Positions 25,630-38,520 are shown, numbered from the stretch's first letter. The stretch is 64,000 nucleotides of DNA from Octopus sinensis (GCF_006345805.1 NC_043008.1:63798001-63862000); one strand, 5' to 3'. Notes: generated from the sequence alone by a model not told the origin. Program-made: numbers and translations.

Positions 25630-25682
25630 TGAGCTGATGATAGAAATGTCGAGTTTGACTAATCTTGAAACGTACGTTCTCA
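25630..25682 (+). ncRNA. Type-I hammerhead ribozyme motif, intact core
   Basis: tgag-CTGATGA-tagaaatgtcgagtttgactaatctt-GAAA-cgtacg-TT-ctca; stem I tgag/ctca; palindromic ACGTACGT stem III; GUU site. Confidence 0.75.
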
Positions 25683-25964
25683 AATAACCTTTGCACTTGA
25701 TTTTTTAATGTCTCTACCCCCATATTTTCGTGAGTTGAGTTGAGCAAACACTATATGAGAGAGGTTTTCTTTAAGTATTAGAAATAGTTTTAAAAAAGTT
25801 TTTTTAGCTGCTATTTCTAATGAGTTCAGTATGCGGCAAAGTAATTTATTTTACTAAGCCCTTTTATATAATGTAATAATTTGAATTCGCCTTAAATGGT
25901 CCCTTGCATACTGAATACTTGGTGAAATTGATTAATAATTAATTTTACCCTCAATTGTTGAAAT

Positions 25965-26012
<48 letters not shown>

Positions 26013-26024
26013 AATATATAATAT

Positions 26025-26438
26025 TCTTTTCTCTTTTCTCTTTTACTTGTTTCAGTCATTTGACTGCGGCCATGCTGGAGCACCGTCTTTAATCGAGCAG
26101 CTCGACCCCGGGACTTATTCCTTTGTAAGCCCAGTACTTATTGTATCGGTCTCTTTTGCCGAACCCCTAAGTAACGGGGACATAAACACACCAGCATCAG
26201 TTGTCAAGCAATGCTAAGGGGACAAACACAGACACACAAACACACACACGCATATACATATATATATACATATATACGATGGGCTTCTTTCAGTTTCCGT
26301 CTACCAAATCCACTCACAAGCTTTGGTCAGCCCATGGCTATAGTAGAAGACATTTGCCCAAGGTACAACACAGTGGGATTGAACCCGGAACAATGTGGTT
26401 GGTAAACAAGCTACTTACCACACAGCCACTCCTGCTCC
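26025..26438 (-). mobile_element. tRNA SINE family A, full length
   Basis: Reversed head gcaggagtggctgtgtggtaagtagcttg...gggttcaatccc; tail gcagtcaaatgactgaaacaagtaaaagag. Confidence 0.92.
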
Positions 26439-26439
26439 T

Positions 26440-26488
26440 ATATATATATATATTATTATGTATGTATGTATGTATGTATGTATGTATG

Positions 26489-26562
<74 letters not shown>

Positions 26563-27070
26563 GACAGGTATGCATACTCATACACAAGTGGTCATTACTT
26601 TTAACCATGCCAATCCATGCCTATGTTATGCATATTTGTGTAGATACATGTATGAGTGTGTGAGTGCTTGGGTGACTGGGTACAGGCATAGTTTTGTGGG
26701 GTTAAGAATTTCGTTTCATATCCACATAAATGTGTGCGTGTAAGTGTGTGTGCGAGTGTGTGTGTAAGTGTGTGTGAATATATACCAAGGTGCCACGTAA
26801 AAAAACACCCAGTAATTCTGTAAAGTGTGAGTGTGTGTGTGCATAAAAGCCATCTAAAGTTCCAGTGAGTTTGAAACTTATGACATCTTGTGTATTAAAT
26901 AGAACTGATAATCTCTCTATGTATGTATGCATGTATGTATGTATCTATGTATGTATGTATGTATGTATATATTTATATATATATATATATATATAATATA
27001 TATATATATGTATATATATGTATGTATATATATGTATGTGTATATATATGTATGTATATATATGTATGTG

Positions 27071-27105
<35 letters not shown>

Positions 27106-27110
27106 GTACA
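26440..27110. repeat. (TA)n/(TATG)n/(TG)n microsatellite field
   Basis: Read directly. Confidence 0.9.
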
Positions 27111-27839
27111 CACACGCATATTTATTTATTTATTTATGCACGCTTACGTCAAGTGAAGTATGAAACACGTTAATTATTGCCTTCAGGTAGCTTAGCAAAT
27201 AAGTGTTGGATTAGCTCATTCAAATCCGTAGAATTCTTCCTCTTTTACAAGCAAATGTTACTTGTTGAATTCAGTAGCATCTCATTCCTGTTTCCTTCAT
27301 TCAGCATCAATCTTTGAGCCTGATAGTTGAAGTCTAATAACTTATTTATTTTTAGGCTCCAATTGTTCTATTACCATTCATAACGTAATATCCCCACAGG
27401 CTTACAGTACTTGAATTATAAAGCAACCTGGAATCACACACAAACACAGTCAAGGCATACATATAGAATGCTAACAGCATATGAAGAGTGTATGAGGTGC
27501 ATTGTAAGCCAATATAGGATCTAAAATTTTGCAGATGTGTAAAACTAAATGAAATGAAATTGATGACTAAGCTGGGCTTTTTTTCTTTTCTTTCAAAGCA
27601 CTGTAATAACAGGAGTGTAGCAATACATAGAAGCCTGAAAAGCTGGAAGCATTTAACCACCTATCCACCTTTTAATCACCCAAGATAATGTTTGGATTTT
27701 GTATCTTACATGAGCATTTGGGTAGCCTCATTTAAGGAAACAACCAGTTATCCAGGGACCAAGAATATTCTGGAAAACATGAATTAAATCTTGATCTCTA
27801 GTATTGTCTGGCAGTTTGGAGTCATCCATTATTCTTTCA

Positions 27840-28410
27840 TTCATTTAATTGTTTCAGTCATTTGACTGTAGCCATGCTGGAGCACTACCTTAAATGATTT
27901 TAGTCGAAGAAATTGTCACCAGGACTTACTGTTTGTAAGCCTAGTACTTATTCTGTCAGTCTATTTTATGGGGATGTAAACATACCAACATCAGTTTTCA
28001 AGCAGTGATGGGGGACAAACACAGGCACAAAGTTATGTGCACATAAATAATATATATATATATATAAAGTTAATCCAAACATGAAAACACAAAGGGAAAA
28101 CAGAACAACACGAGGACGTGGAACAAATATAATATTATTGGATGCTCAGGAAGGAAGGAAAGAAGGAGGGTTTAACGTTTCGAGTGGAGCTCTTCATCAG
28201 AAACATAGAAAAAGGAAAGATATGTATGTATATATATATATATATACGATGGGCTTCCTTCAGTTTCCATCTATCAAATCACTCACAAGGCTTTGGTTGG
28301 CCTGAGGCTATTGTATGACAGAAAACACTTTCCCAAGGTGCTGTGCAGGAGGACTGAGCCCAAACCCATGTGATTGGGAAGCAAGCTTCTTATCAAACAG
28401 CCATGCCTGC
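27840..28410 (-). mobile_element. SINE family A with an insertion in its internal (TA)n
   Basis: Homologous to 26025-26438, with an extra block at 28066-28220. Confidence 0.85.
28170..28204 (-). ncRNA. Minimal type-I hammerhead motif, intact core
   Basis: Minus strand gttt-CTGATGA-a-gag/ctcca/ctc-GAAA-CG-TT-aaac; stem I gttt/aaac; palindromic ACGT stem III. Confidence 0.72.
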
Positions 28411-28873
28411 TTGTATTATATACACATAGAAAGAAATATAGTACAGAAAATTTGGTTGGAGTAAAATATATTTTGTGTTGGGAGTGTGCATAATCTGCTT
28501 CATAACAAAGAGTGGCTGTACATCTTTAAAAAAATGTCACATGAGAACTGGTGAGATGCAACGTAGATATAACCACTCTCTCAGAGACTTGCTTTCAAGG
28601 GTGATGTTCACGGTCTGCTTGATAACTATGACCGTACGACCGTAGTGATATTGGAATTAGCTATATCATTTTTTTTTTGTCTGAAGAGGGAAATCAAAAG
28701 AGTGCACAAGAAAGCATTGGTGGATAAGCAGTCCATTCTGAAATGCTTAGGACCTTAAAATTTCTTCTTATACTTGTAAATAACTGATGACAGAAATAGC
28801 ATCTGGTAATAAAGCACTACCTCCGAAAATCTAAGCCAGAAAAGAAAGTGGATGTAAAACAGTGATAACGGTG

Positions 28874-28905
<32 letters not shown>

Positions 28906-29388
28906 GGGGTTCGGATAGTGATGATGACAATGATGACAGTAACTTATTACATAATGTCGTTTGATTCCACAAAAATGGAAATTACTATTTTCATAAAGCA
29001 ATCTACTGGGATGAGGAAATGAATGGTATCAAAGCAAAGGTGGATGTTTAATTAATCTATTAATTTAAATAAAAGGAAGGGAATTAAATTTATTCTGATA
29101 TTGCAAGAGAGTGGAGGGGAGGGTGGGTTTTCTTTTTTTTTTTGTCTTTCTTTACCTGTCGTTAGAATCTCAGAAGTGAACCGTACATTTAGTGAGGGAA
29201 GAGAAAGTATAAAGAAATTGAGTTGAAGTGTAAAAAAGATTAATGTTTGTGAAGAAACAGGTTAGTCATGTGCTTAGAATACAATACTTTTCAACTGTTG
29301 AACAATCGAACATAGAGGACAAAAAACACTCAATGAAAGGAAAAAAAGAGTTACATGAAAATACATATACAATATAAGGAAGGAAAAC

Positions 29389-29621
29389 TTAACCTTTTTG
29401 TTACCATATTTCTGTTGAAATGCTCTGTGTTTCTTTCAATTTAATTTTAAATATAACAAAGAATTTAGTTAAAAATAACTTAGTAATCATTAAGCTAGTG
29501 TTTGGAACATTAATTGTGACTAAGTTTTGGTGGAAGATTTTAATTCAGAACTTTCGAAAACAAGAGATTTGTACTACAGAGCCAGAGGTGGTTTCAGGTG
29601 GGTTGCTACCAAAATGGTTAA
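29389..29621. mobile_element. piggyBac-type MITE
   Basis: TTAA-cctttttgttacca ... tgctaccaaaatgg-TTAA; second copy at 56428-56655. Confidence 0.85.
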
Positions 29622-29839
29622 AACTTTAGCATTCAGATTACTCTGTCAAATGCAATGCTTATTTATTCTCATTGTTTTAAAATAATCATGTGATATTGTC
29701 ACTTTAAGATTTTGATCACATGATTGCTTATTTTTATAACAACATTGTAGGTTAGTGTGAGAGGCCTGATCTGGTTTGGACACAGAATGGACAGAAAATT
29801 TGGGGCTAGATACAGCCAGTTTAAATAGTAAAGGATTAA
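29618..29839. mobile_element. Second piggyBac-type MITE sharing the TTAA site
   Basis: TTAA-aactttagcattcaga ... tttaaatagtaaagga-TTAA (degenerate TIRs). Confidence 0.6.
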
Positions 29840-32129
29840 GGTATTCAGAATAAGATAATTTGTAAGGAATTCCACAACTCCATCATTTTAAGAGTTAAGA
29901 AGTTCACAACTCATGAAGCTATGACAAAATGATGGCCAAACTATTGTGAGTATTATTTTGTTCATAGGTACAATGTGGATGCTATCAAAAAGACCGGCCC
30001 CTATTCATGTAAAACTTGGGAAACAATACTGGAACTGGTCCATTCAACTAAGCATTATTCAAGGCAGTGCCCCAGCATGGCTGCAGTCTAAAGACTGAAA
30101 CAAGCTTAAATTAAAAGATATCTATATTTATATTTATTTGAATCATTATTTTGATTTCTTGTATGTTTTATCTATGTATTTTTATTTATCTTTAATTTTA
30201 TTTTTATTTTTGATTTTATGCATGTTTTGTCCTTTGTATCTTGTGTATCTTTACTTTTTGATTGCAAGTGTGTCTTGTCTCAGATTCGACAGAGAACTGC
30301 TTGATGGCACCACCTACCTGGTTATAAATTATTATAAGGCAAAAATGAAATGGTGAGAAGATACACTGAGAAACTTATTTTTTAAAAAGTCTCCTGGGGA
30401 GGTGCATTCTACACCTGTGATGCAAGATGATTGATTGCACAGTATCTCATCCATGAGCTACAGGTAGGAGAATGAGTTGAAACAATTGTAGTGGTTTTGA
30501 ATTTTTAAAAATCTCATGAATTCCATTTTTTGTCTCTGATCTATTTATATATTTATCTATGGGTGTGCATGTGTGTGTGTGTGTGTGTAGGTAGATATAT
30601 GCTGCCATGGATTTACATATGCGCTTGTTTACATATATGCTCGATGAAAATCATGTGCTATGAGTGATATTATTGTAACTGTCAACAAATTCTCACATGG
30701 AAGAATATGAAATAAGTGACCCCTCACCTGAAAAACAAGTAAGGGTTAGCAATAGGAAAGGCACCTGACAGTTAAACAATGCTGCAATAATATATTTTTC
30801 TATTCTAACATAGAAAACAAACCAAAAACTGAATGAACAAAATATATATTCATAAAACAACCATATAATTATGCGTAGGCCTATGTATGAAGCTATATAC
30901 ATAAACATATACATACAAATATACGAACATTCACACACATACCTACACTCACATTCATAAACATATGTATTTATATATACATACATATATATATATATAC
31001 ACTCACATATATGAGATTGCACTGGCATACACATATATTCCTATTAATTGTTTTATTTTGCAGTGAGAAGAAAGATTTCTCAACTTATAAGACAAAACAC
31101 ATCAAATGCTTTTACGTATATTTTGCTTTTTCTTATTTTTTTTACCATTGCAATTTAGTTTTTCGTTTTTCATGTTTTGTATGGTGGAGGGGGCAGGGTG
31201 GATGGGCACTTTTATTTGTTTGTTTGTTTCTATTTTTTTTTGTTTTTTTTTTTTTTGCTATAACTTTTTTTTTTTCTTTTTTCAACCATTGTTATATCAG
31301 CATATAAACTTTCAATTCATTTGAGAAAGAAATTATCAAGATATACATTTTAAAGTGGAAGCGAATTTTTCAGGCTAACATTTCTCATGTAAATGTTTCA
31401 ATCAATATATAAGAAAGAGACATAACACAAGCACAAAACAAAACAACCTATGAAATAACTTGACATCATTTATTACATATCTTCTTTCAACATCACAGCA
31501 TTTACATTGGGATTTCGTAAATACAGTAATTATTGTTTCGTATGTTGTTGCTATTGTTGTTGTTGTTATTATTATCATTATTGCTGCTGTTGTTTTTTTT
31601 TTATTGTTGTTGTTGTTGTTGTTGTGGGAATGCAAAAATATATAATCTAAAATATATTTAGTTTATTGTGTCTATGGAAATTGTATGGATTTTATTTATT
31701 CATAAACAGAAGGTAGCTTTTTTCCCCATTTACGTGTACATGTGTGTATAAATGTATATTTGCACATGTGTGTGTGTGTGTGTGTGTGTATGAAAGAGAG
31801 AATATATTTGTATGTGTGAATAATTCTATTTAATTGTGTCTGTGTGTGAATGCATGTACATCGTTGTGTATCTTTGGTTGTATGCACATATGCAAGTTGT
31901 CATTGAGTATATGTGCAAGTGTGCACGCTGTCTATGTGTATGCATGTGTACACTGTACAAATGAATATGCATAAATGTAAGTTCATATGTGCATTGAAGA
32001 ACTGTTGCTGCGAATAAAATATTTCTGATTGATGCCAAAGTAATATTGTCTATGTGTGTCTATAGACATCTATCTTAATACACAAATCAATATGCATTGC
32101 AATATGTTGAGGTGCATAAATACACACAC

Positions 32130-32251
32130 ACTTACACACACAGATGTGCACATAAATTCATATACATATTATATATATATGTATGTGTGTATGTATGTGT
32201 TTGCGCATGTGTGTGTCTGTAGTGAGAGAGAGATATATGTATATATATATG

Positions 32252-32285
<34 letters not shown>

Positions 32286-32570
32286 ATATATATACATATA
32301 TATACATATACATAAATATATATGTGTATGTGTATAAATATATATAATGTATATATATAATATATATATACATATATATATGTGTGTATGTGTATATTAT
32401 ATATATATATGTATATATATATGTATAATATGTATATATATATATGTATATATCTATGTATATATATGTATATATATATATGTATATATATATATTATAT
32501 ATATATATTATATATATATATACTTAATACTATAATATATTTTTATATTAATATATACATCTATACGTAG
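32130..32570. repeat. (TA)n-rich microsatellite
   Basis: Read directly. Confidence 0.95.
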
Positions 32571-32744
32571 ATATGCTTATACATGAATGCACAGGAATAT
32601 TCAAGGAAATGCATTCACACAAGAGCATTCACACAAACATATACATATACATATACACATATTGTTTCAACAGAGTTCTTTAAAAGAGATTCTAATCATT
32701 GAATAAATGTAAAAATGCAAATTAAATTTTTTAGAAAAATTACT

Positions 32745-32882
32745 TTATGAAACGAAATGCATATCAAGTTTCCTCTTCAAACTCGGCTTAATTATTCCTC
32801 CTGTTTTGCTGTGGATGCTATCTACACTGGAACCAGATACACGAACATCCTCGCTTGCAGTTGAGTGATAAAAGCTTCCTGC
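32745..32882 (-). CDS. Candidate terminal coding exon, gene not identified
   Basis: gtgtag|GCA...TAA; AGSFYHSTASEDVRVSGSSVDSIHSKTGGIIKPSLKRKLDMHFVS*; weak pyrimidine tract. Confidence 0.3.
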   Translation of the reverse strand, partial: AGSFYHSTASEDVRVSGSSVDSIHSKTGGIIKPSLKRKLDMHFVS

Positions 32883-33312
32883 CTACACTTCATAGTAATT
32901 AAGGCAATCATGATGATGATGATGATATTTTGTATCATCTTCATCATCATCATCATCAGTGGCAGCGGCAGCATTGTCTCTGTTATTATTGGTGAAGCAT
33001 AGCTGTGTGGTTAGGAAGTTCACTTGTTTTTAAGTTCAGTCCTACTACAAGGCACCTTGGTTGATTGTCTTCTATGATTGCCCCAGCCAGAACCACACCT
33101 TGTAGATTTGGTAGGTGTAAACTGGATGTAGTCAACTGTCAATATGTACATATATATTGTAACTACAGACGTGCCACTGGTGATTTTTTTTCCTTCTTTG
33201 GACTTTTCCCTTTCTCCTTTACTCAAAGCATCAAAATCTCTCTGCTCTCACTGAGCATCAAACTAATACATCCTTTGTGCACATCCTCTTGTTGTTTGTT
33301 ATATATATATAT

Positions 33313-33610
33313 TGTTTGTGCCTTCTCGATCCATCCCTGGCTCATAAGGGCCAGTTTTCCAGTTTCCTTGGTGTATTGGTTCCCCACCTGGATGGAATGC
33401 CGGTCCATCACAGGGGAGCTGCAAGATGCAGGAGGAAAGAGTGAGAGAAAGTTGTGGCGAAAGAGTCAGCAAAAGTTTGCCGTTACCTTCTGCCAGAGCC
33501 ACATGGAGCTTAGGTGTTTCGCTCATAAACACACACGTTGCTCAGTCTGAGATTCGAACCCATGATCCCTCGACCACAAGTCCACTGCTCAAGCCACTAT
33601 GTGCCTCCAC
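33313..33610 (-). mobile_element. tRNA SINE family B
   Basis: Reverse copy of 7081-7384. Confidence 0.9.
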
Positions 33611-33644
33611 ACACACGCACAGACACACAGACACACACACACAC

Positions 33645-33675
<31 letters not shown>

Positions 33676-34120
33676 CATGTGTGTGTGTATCTATTCATAT
33701 ATATCTGTGTATGTATGTCTGTGTTTCCTTGTGTTTATATTGGGTGATAACTGTACGTGTATGTCATAGGTACACAAACTATGTTGTTTCCAGTTTTTCA
33801 TGGAACATGTCTGATCATAAGGAAATATTACCTTACTCGGAAACAGGTGAGGACAGGTGACAGGAAAGGCATCAAGCTATGAAAATTCTGCCTCAAGAAA
33901 TTCCACCTCACTCATGCAAACGTGGAACAGATTAAGATTAAAGTATCAGATGGAATGCAAAGTGGCATTTCTTCTGGATATTCATACACAGAAGGTAGCT
34001 TTTTTCCCCATTTATGTACATGTGTGTAGAAATGTATATTTGCACATGTGTGTGTGTGTGTTTGTGTGTGTGTGTATGAAAGAGAGATTGTATATGTGAA
34101 TAATTGTATTTAGTTGTATA

Positions 34121-34527
34121 GGCGCAGTGGGCTGTGTGTAAGTGCTTCTTACCAACCACATGGTTCCAGGCTCAGTCCCACTGCGTGGCATCTTGGGCAA
34201 ATGTCTTTGCTATAGCCTTGGCTGACCAATGCATTGTGAGTGGATTTAGTAGACGGAAACTGAAAGAAGCCTGTCGTATATATGTATATCATAGTATATT
34301 GTATCTGTGTGGATATGTTGTTTGTCTTGTTTGTCCCCTAGCATTGCTTGAACAACCGTGCTGGTGTGTTTATGTCCCCGTCACTTAGCATTTCGGCAAA
34401 AGAGACCAATAGAATAAGTACTGGGCTTACAAAGATAAGTCCCCGGGTCGGTTTGCTTGACTAAAGGTGGTGCTCCAGCATGGCCGCAGTCAAATGACTG
34501 AAACAGTAAATGAGAAAAGAGAAAGAG
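34121..34527 (+). mobile_element. tRNA SINE family A
   Basis: Head and tail match the 26025 family; agttgt on both flanks. Confidence 0.88.
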
Positions 34528-35819
34528 AGTTGTGTCTGTATGTGAAGGCATGTACATCGTTGAAGTTTGGATCCCACCAAAGTCAACTTTACCTTTCATC
34601 CTTCCAGTGTTTACAACATAAAGTACTAGTCATGTACTGAGGTCAATGATATTAACTAAATCCTTCCTTGCAACATTCATGCGTTTTGCTTGTGTTAAAA
34701 GAATTATTATTATTGAACTATTTCTGTCAAGGTTTACTTTGCCGTTTCATCCTTTCGGAGTCAATTAAATAACTACCATTTGTGCACTGGTGTTGATACA
34801 ATCGATTTAACCCCTTCTAGAAATTGCTGGCCTAGCGCCAAAATTTGAAACCATTACTATCAACTCCATTTTCCACAATAATTTTGAGGCATTCTACCTT
34901 GTAATGTGTCCATGGAGAAAGTTATCATATGCTAGAAACAGTGGAAGTAACTGATTCCAGATATGTTGCACCTCCATCAATCCTTCATCAATTTCTTCAA
35001 GTTTTACTAGGAGATAGAGCTGAAGGTGAAGGAGGTGCTATCTCCAGGAAGCTTTCTTAAAGATTATTGCTGTTGTTATTCTTTAGCCTAAGTTTTTCCC
35101 TGATTGATTAGTTCAGAGCAGTTCCAATAAAATTAACGATGTTAGAATATTGGGTAAAATGCATTCCTCATGCTAACATTTCCCGCTTTTTTGCCTTCTT
35201 GGTTCAAATCCCACTAAGAGCAACTTTGTCTTTTATCTTTCCAGGGTCTATAAAGTACCATTCAAGGGACATAAACTGGCAGAATTACTACAGCATTATA
35301 TGGGATAGTGTATGGTATTTGTTTCATCTGTTGCTTTGTGAGTTCAAACCTTAGTGTGTCTTATTTGTGTGGTTGATGTAATCCATGTCTTGGTTTAATT
35401 CCAGCCCTGATCCATGAGTACCTTACTTATTCCAGAGTCCACTCTGTTGCAGTCATTTGGGCTAAGTTTCCAGTTGGAAAATATCTCCCCCGCCATCTCT
35501 CCTCCTATCATTCCCAGAGGCCCACTCAAGGGTTACAAGTACAGTTCTCTCCCTTGACAAACAAATAAAAGCAAAAAAAGTCAAGGCTGTCAGGTATTTC
35601 TGGTTAAAAAGTTCAGTTATATGCGGAGGACTTTCACTATCATTTCTAGCTGATCAAATGGACATATAGAGACTTCCTCAGATAAGAGTAAGGTTAAGCA
35701 TTTATTTTGCAAGATTCTTGATGTGAAAACGTGTGTTGAAACAGATATTGTTATACTTGGGGATGGCCATCTTTTGCCAATTAAACACTCACGCTTTTTA
35801 TTTGACCTTCACTACACAA

Positions 35820-36600
35820 TCAATTCCATGTAGTCACAACAGAAGTTACCAGAAAAAATAGTTGGATTGGCTGATAACAGAGCACTAAAAAAAAGAGACT
35901 GAGAGCACTCTACTAGCAGTGCAAGACCAAACTTTGGCCATGAAGTGGAGGATCAACCTGATGAATGAGCAAGCATCACTGGTGTGCCACATCTACAATA
36001 GAGTGCATGAAACCATTTCCCATATCACGAATGAATGCCCTAGACTTGCTCAAAACCACTACATGATCAGGTAGTGAAAGTGCTACATTGGAAACTGTGC
36101 GAAGAGTGGAGGATAGCTCATGGTATGAGCACAAACCACTGACAATAGTGGAGTTGGAGACTAGCAAAACCCTCTGGAATTTCCAAATCCAAACAGATCA
36201 GGTGCTACAGCATAACAGACTGGATCTAGGAATGTGGATAGGACGCACCACATATGTTACATAGTTGATGTTGCATGCCCAGGTGAAAGGATAGATAAAT
36301 ATAATCCTCTTAAGTATGAAATAGTCTGGCTATGGAAAATGAAGAAGGTGAAGATAGTGTCAATTATTGTTGGGTCCTTGGGGACAGTATCAAAAGGCAC
36401 CAAGGGGAATATAAAAGGAATTGGAATAGAGTGCCCAATAGAATTGTTTGAAAAGCTCTGCTTCCTTTTCATGGCCAGAATAATCAGGAAAGTATTAGAT
36501 AGCTGAAAAGAATGGATAGCATGGTAACGTAGGCTGCAGGTAGCAAGCCCACTGCTCATGTAAGAGTCCAGGAACTCTAACAAAACCTGTGATAAAAATA
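35820..36600 (+). pseudogene. Old R4/Dong-like LINE C-terminal region
   Basis: KKETESTLLAVQDQ...SHITNECP...LHWKLC...LWNFQIQTD...IVDVACP..KYNPLKYEIVWLW; ends in (AAT)n. Confidence 0.8.
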
Positions 36601-36619
36601 AATAATAATAATAACAATA

Positions 36620-36838
36620 ATTATGGCTTCAAATTTTGGCATAAGCCAAGTAATTTTGGTGGGAGGAGGTAAGTCGATCACATTGACCCCAATGATCAAC
36701 TGGTACTTATTTTTATCGACCCCAAAAGGATGGAAGGTAAAGTCAGCCTCAGTAGAATTTGAACTCAGAATGTAAAGACGAACGAAATGCCACTGAGCAT
36801 TTTGCCTAGCACAGTAACGATTCTGCTAGCTTGCCACC
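36620..36838 (-). mobile_element. SINE family D
   Basis: Shared core as at 14177. Confidence 0.85.
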
Positions 36839-36856
36839 GATAATAATAATAATAAT

Positions 36857-37278
36857 AAGACCTACCAGAAACTGAGCAAATATAAAGATCTGGAAATTGA
36901 AATCAGCAAAATGTGGAACCTGAAGACTAAAACAATACCTGTTGTCATAGGTGCCCTGGGAATGATAGCAAAAGGGGCTGATTGCTACCTAGCTCAGATA
37001 CCAGGAAGCCCCAAAATGGCAGAAATTCAAAAGATAGTGCTCATGGGAACTGCTCATATCCTACGCAAAATACTTTCTTTGTAATCTCAAGTTTTAAAAC
37101 AAACATAATTTTTGTATGGTTTTTTAGGCATTCACTAGTACAACACTAAGTGCAAAACCAAATATATGGCACCCTAGGCATAACACCAGCATGAACTTCC
37201 AACTTGTTGTCTCTTGAGGTCTCTAGGTGAGACTTGGAGCCAGCTTGTGCAAATGTAAAGCAAAAGTCAAACATAGAA

Positions 37279-37316
<38 letters not shown>

Positions 37317-37548
37317 CCATCCCTGCAAGAAGTGCAAAAAATTTTCTTAACTGGTACATCACACCTATTGAGAAGAGCATTATCGATGTGAGAACTATTA
37401 CTACCCATGTATTTTAATTTAACTTTATTTCTATCAAAACAAAAATGAACGAACTAGTGAGTTTAGTTTAATGGCCTACCAATGTATACTATGAGTTTCT
37501 TTGCCCTAGGAGTTGGGAAGACACTCGGCAAGAAATGGAAGAAAACCT
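36857..37548 (+). mobile_element. Two R4/Dong-like 3' fragments of different subfamilies (36857-37280 and 37316-37548)
   Basis: First matches 23606 reversed; second matches 1499-1730; separated by (AAT)n. Confidence 0.85.
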
Positions 37549-37552
37549 CATT

Positions 37553-38520
37553 CATCATCATCATCATCATCATCATTTAACGTCCGCTTTCCATGCTAGC
37601 ATGGGTTGGACGGTTCAACTGGGGTCTGGGGAGCCCGAAAGCTGCACCAGTCCAGTCAGATCTGGCAGTGTTTCTACAGCTGGATGCCCTTCCTAACGCC
37701 AACCACTCCGAGAGTGTAGTGGGTGATTTTATGTGCCACCGACACAGGTGCCAGACGAGGCTGACAAACGGCCACGCTCGGATGGTGTTTTTATGTGCTA
37801 CCGACACAGGTGCCAGACGAGGCTGGCAGACGGCCACGCTCGGATGGTGTTTTTATGTGCCACCGACACAGGTGCCAGACGAGGCTGGCAGACGGCCACG
37901 CTCGGATGGTGTTTTTATGTGCCACCGACACAGGTGCCAGACGAGGCTGGCAGACGGCCACGCTCGGATGGTGTTTTTATGTGCCACCGACACAGTGCCA
38001 GATGAGGCTGGCAAACGGCCACGATCGGATGGTGCTTGTTACGTGCCCACAGCACGGAGGCCAGTCGATGCGGTACTGGCCACGGCCACGTTCGGATGGT
38101 TTTCTTATATGCCACGTGCCACCGGCACTGGTACCACAAGGATACAAATTCCATTGATGTTCATCTATTTTGATTTGTTTTGATTTGATTTGATTTGATT
38201 TTCACTTGCCTCAACAGGTCTTCACAAGTGTCACAAGAAGGAAGGTATGCACAGGTGGACTGACTACGTCCCAGGTAGGGGCCATGGGTTATGGCCTGAC
38301 TAGTCTTGCCGGGTCTTCGGATGGTGTTTTTATGTGCCACCGACACAGGTGCTAGATGAGGCTGGCGAACGGCCACGATCGGATGGTGTTTGTCATGTGC
38401 CCACCGCACTGACTACGGCACTGATGGATTTCTGTGTGCCACAGGCACTGGTACCACAAGATACAAATTCCATTGATGTTCATCTATTTTGTCTATTTTG
38501 ATTTGATTGATTTGATTTGA
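37553..38520 (-). mobile_element. RTE 3'-UTR repeat with internal 62-bp tandem array and a partial duplication
   Basis: gacaca unit starts at 37741, 37803, 37865, 37927 and 37989; 38320-38520 is a second partial copy. Confidence 0.9.

Larger units (their letters stand above)
24844..25968. mobile_element. Very young inverted/tandem non-coding element (~556-nt unit) in (TA)n
   Basis: 499-bp arms 24844-25342 and 25374-25872 with about 2 mismatches; 25931-25968 directly repeats 25374-25412; the spacer 25343-25368 is the reverse complement of 25905-25930. Confidence 0.95.

Noticed and set aside
24969-25747. Duplicated 110-aa gene pair
   Set aside because: Identity simply reflects the inverted duplication; TTG start and no recognisable domain.
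29166-29260. Plus-strand exon after a strong pyrimidine tract
   Set aside because: Only about 19 codons before a stop; no supporting neighbouring exon.
37727-38036. CRISPR-like array or 196-aa repeat protein (ORF 37593-38183)
   Set aside because: Spacer-less 62-bp tandem inside a retroposon UTR; the ORFs are a by-product.
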